Shown: one piece after another, positions 1 through 12,626 of the stretch | How positions within the stretch are numbered: the stretch's first letter is position 1 | Layout: each line of letters opens with the position of its first letter | Assembly: GCA_964016885.1 (NCBI GenBank) | Contig: OZ024744.1 | Span: 60,884,001 to 60,948,000 of the forward strand | Length of the DNA stretch: 64,000 nt | From: Eledone cirrhosa | Taxonomy: Eukaryota | Reading direction: 5' to 3' | Position numbers and translations under genes: made by a program | Notes under the pieces: model-generated | The model's input: the letters and a program-made list of their open reading frames with translations, nothing else | What the model was told of the DNA's origin: nothing | Database searches by the model: none

Positions 1-690
1 GTGGTATAAAAAGGTGCAGGGCGATCAAAGTTGATAGAAACTAAGAACTAGGAAGGTCCAGTAAAACTTGGGATGAGATGATAAAAGCTGACCTTGCGCA
101 ATTGCACCTCTCAAAGACAATGACACAGGATCAAGATATTTGGCATACAGAAGTCACGCCTTCCCATGCACACAGACACAAACATACATCTAGTAGGCAC
201 CTCTTAACCACTATGCTGCTGCCATACACCTCTCACGCCCCAATACCTACCCATCCACTTTTGCCCACACCACCCTTACACTGTAAATTTATGTTGGTAT
301 CGCAACAAAAAAGTATCCAGCCCACACTGTAAAATGGTTATGTAGGTGTCACAACAAAAAACACCCAGCCCACACTGTAAAGTGGTTGTGTTGGAGTCTC
401 GACAAAAAGCACCCAGTACACACTGTAAAATGGTTATGTAGGTGTCACAACAAAAAACACCCAGCCCACACTGTAAAGTGGTTGTGTTGGAGTCACGACA
501 AAAAGCACCCAGTACACACTGTAAATATTGTTGACATTAGGAAGGGCATTCAGCTGTTTCTAACCAGAAACAGTCCTATATGAGTAAGACACAATCACTT
601 GACTCAACTTGCCTCTAATGGGGCAACCCGTCTAACCCATGCTAGCATGGAAAATGGACATTAAACGATGATGACGATGATAATGATGAT
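1..690 (+). mobile_element. RTE-clade LINE 3' fragment (degenerate ORF C-terminus, 3'UTR with 48-bp tandem units, (GAT)n tail)
   Basis: Translates as IKRCRAIKVD..GRSSKTWDEMIKADL, homologous to the end of the 3635-5175 ORF; ends ctaacccatgctagcatggaaaatggacattaaac(gat)n. Confidence 0.85.
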
Positions 691-991
691 ATATATGTAT
701 ATATATTAGTACACTGGAGGGTTATATCCGTAGTAGTAGAGCACTCAGTCCATGGGACGAGTTTGGTAGAAGTAGTTCCACAACAGTTAATTCACCATTT
801 CCAAGAACAATTTGTTTGACTTTAGATGAAAAAGAAGTTGAAAATGCAATTGGAGTCTTTAAGAACATTTATTTACAATAATTTATAACTTTAATAGTTT
901 CACAAGTTTCATGATTTTCAAAAGGTAAGAGAAATGGAGAAATGAGTGGGATATATTAAAAGACCTTACTTCCATTTATATATATATATAT

Positions 992-1071
992 ACATGGTGT
1001 CCCCAAAATATGTATACACATTTTTGTTAGAATGCTGTTGAAGTATGTATACAACATTTTGGAATACCCTG

Positions 1072-1073
<2 letters not shown>
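992..1073. mobile_element. Tc1/mariner-type MITE relic
   Basis: Imperfect TIRs catggtgtccccaaaa...ttttggaataccctg flanked by TA; a similar element lies at 56856-56951. Confidence 0.5.
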
Positions 1074-1104
<31 letters not shown>

Positions 1105-2189
1105 GTCTGTGTGTACATGTATATGCATATAATTATTTATACATATTATACACACATACAAATATAAGTATGTTATTCATTTGTCTACTCTGCACCCAGT
1201 TCTTCTGCCCTCCAATCTCTTTTCTCATGATATTTGAAGTGCACCTGTTTACATAATTATTATTTATCCATTGTTACTACAAAATTTCTCATCCATCAAA
1301 AGCCATGCTTTTATTCTCCTGCTTTGTCCCATGTTCACACCACTTTCATAATTAACTTGTGTGTTAGTGAATCATATCATTCAGATATACGCTATATCTT
1401 TGGATTACACGTTATTTCTAAATGTGGCCCTCCTTTCTTTTTTTTTTTTTTAAAGACAATATTGTGTGATTTGAGTAGAGAATTCACTCTAGTTGCTTGA
1501 ACACTTTTTTTTAGATATTCCCTTGTTGACTCACACATCTGGAAAAGCTGTTTCCTTTATGTGAAACAGAGTGGTGAAAACATATCACACCTACTTCTCA
1601 GGACATTTCACTGGCTGATCTTCTCCAGAATGCTGTATATCTGTGCTCTTTAAGTGCCCAGCCCAACTCTACTCTATCATCAGAAAATGTCCCCATGTGT
1701 CTCCTACGTATTAAGCAGGACAACACACAATCTCCTTTCCCAACATTCATTGACCAAGAGAACAAGAAAGCCTGTGACGCTACTCTTGCTTCCTACATTC
1801 CCACCTCTGATGCTACTTTCGGAAAAGTCGTTTGGTCCCATAATGCCACTGACCTGTACAATTTCAGCAAGGCTCCAGCCCCACACACCCTCTGCTGATC
1901 TTAAAGATTACCCCATCACCTCACATGTGAAAATCCACTACCCATCCGGATGTCTGATGCACCCGCTGTGATCTCTGCATCTTCTTTGCATCTTCTTTGT
2001 TGTCATCCAACAAATCGACGATCCTGCAGGCATCCAAGACATAACGCAGCATTCTGTCCACGGACATGTTGTTTCAGGAATTTACAGCTGTTCATCTCCA
2101 GTGAAATGTGCAGCATGCATTTGGAGGCTTGACTAAAACTCTGAAAAAATAAAGGCTCTCTCTCTTCCATAGATCACTCTGGCACTGTA

Positions 2190-3440
2190 CACAGGTGTTG
2201 TCATTCATATTTAAATATCGCTCTGTGTGGTAACAACTCCTCAGCCTGACCAAGGTGACTTATTATACCAAAACACTGCCTCAATTGGTGATATATGTTC
2301 CCTCTCTGCCATAGCTTTGATTGTGCAATTATGTCTCTCCACAATCCCATTTCCACTTAGCCTGTACACTGCTCTGAAGAAGTGGTTCAAGTTTCACTTA
2401 TCAAACATTTTCTTCAGTGTCTTTGAGCAAATTGCAGTGCCATTGTTCATCAGCAGCTCTTCCATAGAGCCTCGCTCAAAGAATATTTCCTTTAGCATTT
2501 GTGTAATTTTTTCTGCAGTCCCTGTCTTTATTTCTTTCTATATTACCATCTGCCCTAGTTCGCAGTCGACTAGCGAGAGATACATCTCCCATCGGTAGTG
2601 TGTCACATCCACTACCAGTCATTTCCAGTTCTGTTTCCCATCTTGTATACATCCAGTGCAGGGTTGATGGACTGACATCTGTCACAACTCCTGACCACTC
2701 TCTACATCTGGTAATGTCAGAGCCAACTTTACTGGCTAGGAACAGAGTCCTATCCACTTCCATATGATACATGGTATGTAGTCTCTTTAACTCTGAGTCA
2801 TTCAGCTGATTCACAGCAACTAGCCCCTGCTCTGAATCTTCTGGCACTTCCAGCCAAGTTAGAACGTCTGCCTTATTCTTTTCTGAGGGCACAAAGACCA
2901 CACTCAGCTGTAGGCCAAACTCTGTGGCTAGCTCTCCTAGAATTCCCAGGCAGCGCTTTATTAATATCCTTTATTCCCCCTTCATTCGTAGTCTCCTCTC
3001 ATCAGAGTACTGTGGTTAATCCCACCCATCCAAGTACATTAGGTGAATCGGTTCAGATTTTCATTGTACACTGTCCCCATCTCAGGGCCAGACCCACTCC
3101 TTTCAACCTGGCATCCAATATAGCCATGTTGATGTGTTTGCAGACATTCTTCTTCCTGAGCTAGGCTGTCCCCCACCTTGACACACCCCTACTTCCAGAA
3201 CGGCCCATATTGCTATACTGCTAGCATCACACCATATGGTCCTCTCCTTATTGTGTCCTCCACCTTTACCCTCCCCAGAATGTATCACATCAAGGCTACT
3301 GTCCTCTCTCCTACTATGTCTCCCCAGCTCGCCCCATCAGCTCGTCTCTTGGTGTGGCTTCATGCTGTTCAGAGCCACCCCACAACTGGATAATGGCCCA
3401 CCAGTTTCCCACACACTGAGAACAATTCTCAGATCCCGTT
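2190..3440 (-). pseudogene. Degenerate LTR-retrotransposon (Gypsy-like) pol: RNase H plus integrase
   Basis: Minus-strand motifs IWCDASSIAI (RNase H), VPSEKNKADVLT, LHTMYHMEVDRTL (integrase zinc-finger region), EELLMNNGTA..YRLSGNGIVERHNCTIK (DDE core); several stops and frameshifts. Confidence 0.8.
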
Positions 3441-3634
3441 AAGGATGAAAGCAGCCATTCTTTGCTTAAACTATAATCTGTTATTTTAATAAATATTTGC
3501 TCTACGGTTTTATATATATTTATATTATATTATCCTTATCGAGCCCTCTTCGGATTATAGTCTTCACATTTATTATTATTACTATATGAATATGTATTTA
3601 TATATATATATATATATATATGTAATAATATATA

Positions 3635-5175
3635 TGGTCACCCGCATAGTTAACCAAGTCGTACAGAATGGGGTTGTTCCGAAGGACTGGCATAGCAGCA
3701 TCATCGTTAACTGTTATAAGGGTAATGGAGACGCCCTAGATAGGAGTAACTATAGAGGCATTAAATTAATCGACCAGGTCATGAAGGTCACGGAAAAAGT
3801 AATAGCGCAACTAATCAGAGAGAGAATTGACCTAGATGAAATGCAGTTCGGGTTTGTGTCAGGCAAAAGTACCACAGACGCTCTTTTCATAGTACGACAA
3901 CTACAGGAGAAGTACCTAGCTAAAGGTAAACCCCTCTACTTAGCTTTTGTCGACTTGGAGAAAGCCTTCGACAGAGTCCCCCGCTCCATTATCTGGTGGG
4001 CTCTTAGAAAACTAGGCGTTGACGAATGGCTTGTGAGGGCTATACAAGCCATGTATAAAGAAACAGTCAGCAAGGTTAGAATTAACAACGAATATAGTGA
4101 AGAGTTTAGCGTAAAAGTTGGCGTCCATCAGGGCTCTGTTCTCAGTCCACTACTATTTATTATTGCCCTTCAGGCTATAACAGAGGAGTTCAAGACAGGC
4201 TGCCCATGGGAACTCCTATACGCAGACGACCTGACACTCATAGCGGAATCAATGGCCGAGCTAGAGAAGAAATTCCAAACATGGAAGCACGGCCTAGAGT
4301 CAAAAGGACTTAAAATTAACCTGGCTAAGACCAAAGTACTAGTTTGTAGGAAAGAAAACAAGGCGGCGGTCCCTTCTGGGAAATGGTCGTGCTCGGTGTG
4401 TAGGAAAGGCGTAGGTAGAAACTCCATTTTATGTCCTAAATGCAAAGTATGGGTGCATAAAAGATGTAGTGGGATCACAGGTAAGCTAACTAAGAACATA
4501 GATTTTACATGTGGCCGGTGCTCTGGTGCAATAAGTAGCAGCAAGTGCCCACAAACTACTAGCTCTTTCAATTGCGCAGAGGGTTCTATAGAAATAGTGG
4601 ACAGCTTCCGTTACCTGGGCGATAAAATCAGCAGTGGGGGAGGGTGCTCTGAAAGTACTGTAGCTAGAGTCAGAACTGGTTGGAAAAAGTTCAGAGAGCT
4701 TATACCACTATTAGCTGCTAAAGGGTTCTCACTAAAAATGAAAGGCAGGTTGTACGATGCCTGCATACGAACAGCAATGCTGCATGGCAGTGAGACCTGG
4801 GCATTGTGTGCAGAGGATATACGCAGACTAGAGAGGAACGAAGCTTGCATGCTCCGCTGGATGTGTAACAGTAATATACGTGAACGGCAAAGCATAAACG
4901 AACTAAGGAAAAAATTAGAGATAAGAGGGATCAGATGTTGTTTACTCGAGAGAAGGCTACGTTGGTATGGACACGTGATGCGCATGAAAGTCGATAGCTG
5001 TATAACAAAGTGCAGGGCAATAAAGATAGACGGTAGTCACGGAATAGGCAGACCTAGAAAAACCTGAGACGAGCTGATAAACTCCGACATCACACACTTA
5101 CACCTCTCCAAGACAATGTCACTGGACCGAGACCTTTGGCGGTACTCAGTAACAGAGAAGACCCGCCTTACCTAA
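3635..5175 (+). CDS. RTE reverse transcriptase (partial) with internal PHD-like finger; one premature stop (TGG>TGA at 5065-5067)
   Basis: NYRGIKL, QFGF, FVDLEKAFDRVP, GVHQGSVLSPLLF, YADD, FRYLG, RLRWYGHVMR, GRPRKT*DELI; the frame continues to TAA at 5173-5175. Confidence 0.92.
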
Positions 5176-5575
5176 ATATATAGTAAAACCTACTCCAGCC
5201 AGTAGGCATCTCTAACAAAATACACCCCGTCCCACCACCACCACCCCCACCCGATCCACACCACCCCGTTCTATGTAAAGTTATGTTGGTGCCGCGCCAT
5301 CGAGGCCGAAACAAATGAGATCGTGTAGGTGTCACGACAAAAAAACACACAGTCCACGCTGTAATGTGGCCGTGTAGGCAACACGGTAAAAACCTCCCAG
5401 ACCCACACTGTAAATGTGGTTGGTGTTAGGAAGGGCATCCAACTGTAGAAAACCTGCCAGACAGTCCTATGCGAGCAAGACAATCACTCTTGCCTCAAGT
5501 GGGACTACCCCCGTCCAAACCCATGCAAGCGTGGAACACGGACGTTAAACGTTGATGATGATGATGATGATGATA
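3635..5575 (+). mobile_element. 5'-truncated RTE-clade LINE inserted in (TA)n
   Basis: RT ORF, 3'UTR and (GAT)n tail; TA repeats on both sides; no endonuclease domain present. Confidence 0.95.
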
Positions 5576-5582
5576 TATATGT

Positions 5583-5620
<38 letters not shown>

Positions 5621-5713
5621 ATAATAATAAATTTGAAGAATAAAATCCAAAGAGGGCTCGATAAGGATAATATAATATAAATATATATAAAACCGTAGAG
5701 CAAATATTTATTA

Positions 5714-6499
5714 AATATATATATATGTATATGTGTGTGTATATATATATATGTGTGTATGTATATATATATATATATATATACATACATATATATATAT
5801 ACATACATATATATATACATACATATATACACATACATACATATATACATATATACATATACATATACACATACATACATATATACATATATACATATAC
5901 ACATACATATACATATACATATATATACATATATATATACATACATATATATATATATATATACACACACATATATATATATATACATACATACATATAT
6001 ATACATATACACATACATATATATATACATACACATATACATACATACATATATATATACATACATATATATATACATACATATATATATACATACATAT
6101 ACACATACATACATATATACATACATACATATATATATACATACATACATATACACACATACATACATATACACATACATACACATATATATATATACAC
6201 ACACACATACACATACATACATACATATATATATACATACACACATATACATATACATACATACCTATATATACACACACACATATACATATACATACAT
6301 ATATATATACATACATATATATATACATACATATATACACACACATACATATATATATATACATACATATATATATATACATACATACATACACACATAT
6401 ACATACATACATACACACACACATACATACACATACATACATACATATATACATATACATACATATACACACATACACATACACACATACATATACACA
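5714..6499. repeat. Compound (TA)/(TACA)/(CA) microsatellite
   Basis: Near-strict purine-pyrimidine alternation. Confidence 0.98.
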
Positions 6500-7002
6500 C
6501 AAAAACAAACAACGAAACGAAATCAAATTTCGCCCCGCCCCTAACCCACCCTTGCATGACCGACGCCCAAACAATCAAGTTAAAGTGTACATCTACACAT
6601 GTATACGGAAGTATTAGTATGCATATAAATACACACATGTATACACATGTACATGTACTCAGCCCCCCACTAGACACTTTACAGTGAGTGTCAGCCAGTC
6701 TGCATGCAACCACACAGGCGGACCGGGCTCCAGAGTCACACGAGCCCTCAAGGAAACACATTTCCTCCACTCTCCAGAGGGCCAGACAGGAACACTGGAC
6801 CAGCTTCGATGCTACCACATCCCATCAGCAACATCCACCCATCCTCCGGCCCCCCCGGAGAATTGCAAAAGCACACATCGCCACATGCTTCCTCCATGAA
6901 AACCAGTAGTGGGCAGACTAATTTGCATAGAACGTGAGTCAGTGTACGCACCGGTTCAGCGGAAACGATTTAATCTCGCCTCGCCACTTGCTCCCATCGT
7001 TT

Positions 7003-7498
7003 GTATATATATATACATATATACATACACATACATACATATACATATATATACCTACATACATACACATATACATACATACACACATATATACATACCC
7101 ATATACATATATATACCCATACATACACATACATATATATATACATACACACATATATATACATATATATATATATACATACACACACATACACATACAT
7201 ATATATATATATACATACATATATATATACATATATATATACACACACATACACATATATATACACATATACATACACATATATATACACACACATACAT
7301 ACATATACATATATATACATATACATATATATATATATACACACATATATACATACACATATATATACATACATATATATACATATACATATATATATAC
7401 ATATACATACACATATATATACATATACACACACACATACATACACATATATATACATATATATATACATACATATATACATATATACATATATACAC

Positions 7499-7545
<47 letters not shown>

Positions 7546-7628
7546 TACATACATACACATACATATATATATATATACACATACATATATATACATATAT
7601 ATACATATACATATACACATACATACAC

Positions 7629-7659
<31 letters not shown>

Positions 7660-7714
7660 TACATACATATATATATATACACATATATATACACATATAT
7701 ATACATATATATAT

Positions 7715-7751
<37 letters not shown>

Positions 7752-8442
7752 CACATATATACATATATATATACATACATACATATACACATACATATAT
7801 ATATATATACACACATATATACATATATATACATATACATACACATATATATACACACACATATACATATATATATACATATATACACACACATATATAT
7901 ATATATACATATATATATACACACACATACACATACATATATATATACATACATATATATATATACATATATACACATACATACATACATACACATACAT
8001 ATATATACACACACATATATATATATATACATACATACACATATACATACATATATATATATACACATACATATATACACATACACACATACATATATAT
8101 ATATACATATATACATATATATATATATATACATACATATATATATATATACACACATATATATATATATATACATACATACACATACACATATATATAC
8201 ATATACATATATATATATATACATATATACATATATATATATATATACATATATACATATATACATATATACATATATACATACATATATATATACATAT
8301 ATACACATATGTGTATATATGTGTATGTATGTGTGTATATGTATGTATGTATATATGTATATATATATGTGTATGTGTGTATATGTATATGTGTATATAT
8401 ATGTATGTATATGTGTATGTGTATGTATATGTATATATATAT

Positions 8443-8474
<32 letters not shown>

Positions 8475-8897
8475 GTATGTGTATGTATATATATGTATGT
8501 GTATATGTGTGTATATGTATATGTGTATGTGTGTATATATATGTATATATATATGTGTGTATATATGTATATATATATGTATGTATATATGTGTATATGT
8601 ATGTATATATATGTATGTGTGTGTATATGTATATGTATATATATGTATATGTATATATATGTATATGTATATATATGTGTATGTATATATATGTGTGTAT
8701 ATATGTATGTATATGTATGTGTATATGTATATATATGTATATATGTATATATGTGTATATATATGTATATATATGTGTGTATGTATATATGTATATATGT
8801 GTGTATATATATGTATGTATATGTATGTATGTATGTATATGTGTGTATATATATATATATGTGTGTATATATATGTATGTATATATATATATATATG
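7003..8897. repeat. 1.9-kb compound microsatellite; CA-type to about 8309, TG-type thereafter
   Basis: Direct reading; the switch falls at acacatatgtgt. Confidence 0.98.
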
Positions 8898-9935
8898 TGG
8901 CTCTCTCGGACATGCCCTCTGTGGTGCATGCAACAACATCCCTCACTAGCTATGCTGATGACACTAAGGTAGCACAGGCAATCAAAAACCCGGCTGACGC
9001 TGCCCTCTTACAGCAGGATCTGGATGCCATATACAGATGGGCGGAAGAAAACAACATGCAGTTTAATGGTGGCAAATTCCAAGCCCTACAATACAAACCT
9101 GCAAACACAAACACAAATATAGCGGAACACAGGACCAGGAGGGACCGATATCCCCGTCTCAAAATCGATACGAGACCTGGGCATAGACATGAGCGATGAT
9201 GCATCTTTTTCTTCACACATCATGAAGGTGGCGACAGCATGTAGACGATTCGCTGGCTGGATCTTGAGGACTTTCCTTACAAGAGATCGAGACACCATGT
9301 TGACACTGTGGAGGACTTTTGTCCTAAGCCGCCTGGACTACTGCTCCCAGCTGTGGTCACCCCATAGTGTCAAACTAACCACAGAGCTTGAGGCAATCCA
9401 GCGAAGCTACACCAAGAGGATTGCCAAGATGAGGGAGACAAGCTACTGGGAGAGGCTGAAGGAACTGAACCTCTACTCCTTGGAGCGAAGACGGGAGAGA
9501 TACGCAGTGATCTACATGTGGAAAATCCTGGAGGGACTAGCACCAAACTTTGGCATTGGGAGCTGGACCAACCGTCGAACAGGACGTCACTGTGTGGTGC
9601 CAAAGATCCCGTCTTCCACATCTAGAATAAGGAGCAGGTATTGCAATAGCCTGGGATTCAAGGGCCCTCAACTCTTCAACAAGCTGCCGAGGCATCTGCG
9701 AGACTTGCATGACGTGGAGGTGGATGTCTTTAAGAAACATCTCGACACCTTGTTATCCAGGATCCCGGATGAGCCCACAGCAAGACACGAGGGAAACCTA
9801 AGGGCAGCAGCAACAAACTCCCTCCTACACCAGTGGCCAACCTATACAGGCTGGAGATAAAATGTGTAGCAACAAGGGCGGTGCCCCAGCATGGCCTCAG
9901 CCGGATGGCTGAAACAGGTAAAAGAGTAAAAGAGT
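8897..9935 (+). mobile_element. 5'-truncated CR1/L2-group LINE (RT C-terminal half, frameshift near 9130, 3'UTR with (TAAAAGAG)n tail)
   Basis: [76 protein letters not shown]; ends gaaacaggtaaaagagtaaaagag. Confidence 0.9.
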
Positions 9936-10316
9936 ATATATGTATATATATATATGTGTATGTATGTGTATATATATGTATGTATATATATATGTGTGTA
10001 TGTGTGTGTATATATATATGTATATATGTTTATATGTGTGTGTATATATATGTATATATATATGTATATATATGTGTATATATGTGTATATATATATGTA
10101 TATGTATGTGTATGTATATGTGTATATATATGTGTATATATATGTATATGTGTGTGTATATATATATGCATATATATGTGTATATGTATGTATGTGTGTA
10201 TATGTATGTATATGTATATGTATGTATATATATGTATATATGTGTATATATATGTATGTGTATATATATATATATGTGTGTGTGTATATATGTATGTATA
10301 TATGTATGTATATATC
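9936..10316. repeat. (TA)/(TG) microsatellite
   Basis: Direct reading. Confidence 0.97.
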
Positions 10317-10595
10317 AGGTCAGGTCACCAGTTGGTGCTACTGGTAACATGTATCCCAGTACAACCTGTCACATGGTCGGGTTGTTGGCGACTAAACTGG
10401 CAACCCCACCAAGGTTTCTTGGTGAGGAGGGTGACTTTGGACATCCTGCAGGACTAAAAACAAAACCTGTCAAAGGGCAAAGGAGCTCTTAAGAGTCAAT
10501 GGCCATCCAAAATCACCGGGAGAGATGACCCCTTAGCCTTTGTCAAGGCAGAATTCTAGGAGAAGGAAAACTCTGATATAACACCTGCAACCCTG
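10317..10595 (+). mobile_element. Probable RTE-type LINE 5'UTR fragment
   Basis: GC-richer island with several hairpins and the motif ctaggagaaggaaaactctga, recalled from RTE 5' leaders. Confidence 0.45.
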
Positions 10596-10926
10596 ATGGT
10601 ATCCAATGATGTTGACTTGTTCTTCTTTTTGGTAAATATCATCTTGGTTAAGAGAGTGGGACTGGCTTTGTGCAGTGCCTTTCCTCACTATAAAAGCTTC
10701 ACAGCACAGGCATTGCTTTATATCTGGAGATCTCTCTGCACTTGTCGTCACATGGTACCATGGGCCCAGCACTATGTGTCAATAATTGTCACAAGTGTAG
10801 TGTTTGTACCAGAGTTTTCAAGTCGCTGGCTGGACTAAAAAGTCACACTTGTTTAGCGCATCAGTAGGAGTTCTCCTACATGGATATAAAGTAGTGGCCG
10901 TACTCGAAAACGAGTTGGCAGCCACC

Positions 10927-11010
<84 letters not shown>

Positions 11011-11013
<3 letters not shown>

Positions 11014-11330
11014 CCATGGGTACATGCTGAAGCATATAAACAATATGCCCCCCCCCCCCACCGCAAGGTGGTCGTGGAGGTGCCACGGCAAAAAAGCACC
11101 CAGCCCACACTGTAAAGTGGACGTGTAGGCGCCACGAAAAAGCACCCAGCACTCACTGTAAATGAGGTTGGTGTTAGGAAGGGCATCCAGCTGTAGAAAT
11201 CAAGCCAGATCAGTTCCTGTATGAGCAAGGCATGGTCAGCCGACCAGACACTGCCCACAACAGGACAACCCGTCTAACCCATGCTAGCGTGGAAGAACGG
11301 ACGTAAAACGGTGATGATGATGATGATGAT
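11011..11330 (+). mobile_element. RTE 3'UTR-only copy
   Basis: Near identical to 35046-35372 and to the reverse complement of 57004-57330; (GAT)n tail. Confidence 0.88.
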
Positions 11331-11339
11331 ATATATATA

Positions 11340-11673
11340 GAGGCACATGGCTTAGTGGTTAGAGCATTGGCCTTGCAATCGAAAAGTTGTGAGTTCAATT
11401 CTCAGACCGGGTGATGTGTTGTTTCCTTGAGCAAGACACTTTATTTCACATTGCTCCAGTTTACTCAGCTGTAGAAATGAAATGATAGGACTGGGGTCCC
11501 TATCATTCCACTGCAAAGTGGTCGTGGAGGTGCCACGGCAAAAAAGCACCCACCACTCACTGTAAATGAGGTTGGTGTTAGGAAGGGCATCCAGCTGTAG
11601 AAATCAAGCCAGAATCAGTCCCATCCCACCCTTGCAAGCAGGGAAAAGCGGACGTAAAAATGATGATGATGAT
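11340..11673 (+). mobile_element. tRNA-derived SINE with RTE-derived 3' tail
   Basis: A box tggcttagtgg, B box gagttcaattc, core tccttgagcaagacact, tail shared with RTE 3'UTR, (GAT)n end; second copy at 46970-47311. Confidence 0.88.
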
Positions 11674-11697
11674 GTAAGATATATTTATTTTAATAAA

Positions 11698-11729
<32 letters not shown>

Positions 11730-11774
11730 GTAAGAATATTTTTGAAACAGTGAGTGGATTTGAAATTATTAGAA

Positions 11775-12015
11775 ATGTTAGCTATCGCCGTATTTTGACT
11801 AAAGAAATTAAAGAAATTATTTAGCCTGATAGTGGGGTTAAGAACCCTTGGAGAAATGTAAAAAGATGAGTATTGACGTACATGGGACGTCAATACATAG
11901 GATGTCAATACATGTACGTCAATACTCATCTTTTTCCATTTCTCCGAGGGTTCTTAACCCCACTATCAGGCTAAATAATTTCTTTAATTTCTTTAGTCAA
12001 AATACGGCGATAGCT

Positions 12016-12020
<5 letters not shown>
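11775..12020. repeat. Fold-back palindrome, ~110-bp arms
   Basis: atgttagctatcgccgtattttgac...gtcaaaatacggcgatagctaacat. Confidence 0.92.
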
Positions 12021-12077
<57 letters not shown>

Positions 12078-12083
<6 letters not shown>

Positions 12084-12382
12084 TTAGTTAAGCAAAACAA
12101 GACCACAGATTTCACAAGGAAGACATTATTAAAAGATTGTCAACATATTTTAGTTTGATGTGAGGAATGTAGAGAATAATAATAATATGTCCGTTTACAA
12201 TTGTTTCGCTACACCATATAATATTATATGGAGTAGCAAAACAATTGTAAACGGACATTATTATTATTAATATTATTATTATTCTCTACATTCCTTACAT
12301 CAAACTAAAATATGTTGACAATCTTTTAATAATGTCTTCCTTGTGAAATCTGTGGTCTTGTTTTGCTTAACTAATGAATATT
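12078..12382. repeat. Fold-back palindrome, ~140-bp arms
   Basis: attcattagttaagcaaaacaagacc...ggtcttgttttgcttaactaatgaat; centre ccatataatattatatgg. Confidence 0.92.
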
Positions 12383-12540
12383 TCCAGCTCTGTGCACCTA
12401 ACCTCTGCATGAACCCAGCCACCTAGCTGCCTTCCACTGCATATTGCACATTGGCTTCTAACTAATTCACCAATCTCTCCTCTCCTATCTCCTCTCCTAT
12501 CTCCATCTCTCTCTTTAAGATTGGTTACTCTTGAACTGTG

Positions 12541-12571
<31 letters not shown>

Positions 12572-12626
12572 ACATAAATATATATATATATTGAAGAAAC
12601 AGGGGAATGTGTGGTTGCTGGATAAA

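Larger units (their letters stand above)
3487..5713. repeat. ~100-bp inverted repeat pair (3487-3586 / 5613-5713) enclosing the RTE insertion
   Basis: aataaatatttgctctacggtttt...ccttatcgagccctct recurs as its reverse complement agagggctcgataagg...aaaaccgtagagcaaatatttatt. Confidence 0.9.

Noticed and set aside
5065-5067. Programmed read-through or selenocysteine at the RTE TGA
   Set aside because: Sister copies have TGG here (KTWDE), so it is a simple nonsense mutation
5505-10492. Many long ORFs (up to 732 aa) rich in Y/I/H/T or C/V/M
   Set aside because: They are translations of TA/CA microsatellites, which lack stop codons; only the 8897-9860 part is real (CR1-type RT)
11340-11420. tRNA gene
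   Set aside because: The A/B boxes continue into a SINE body and tail; multiple diverged copies and no clean cloverleaf
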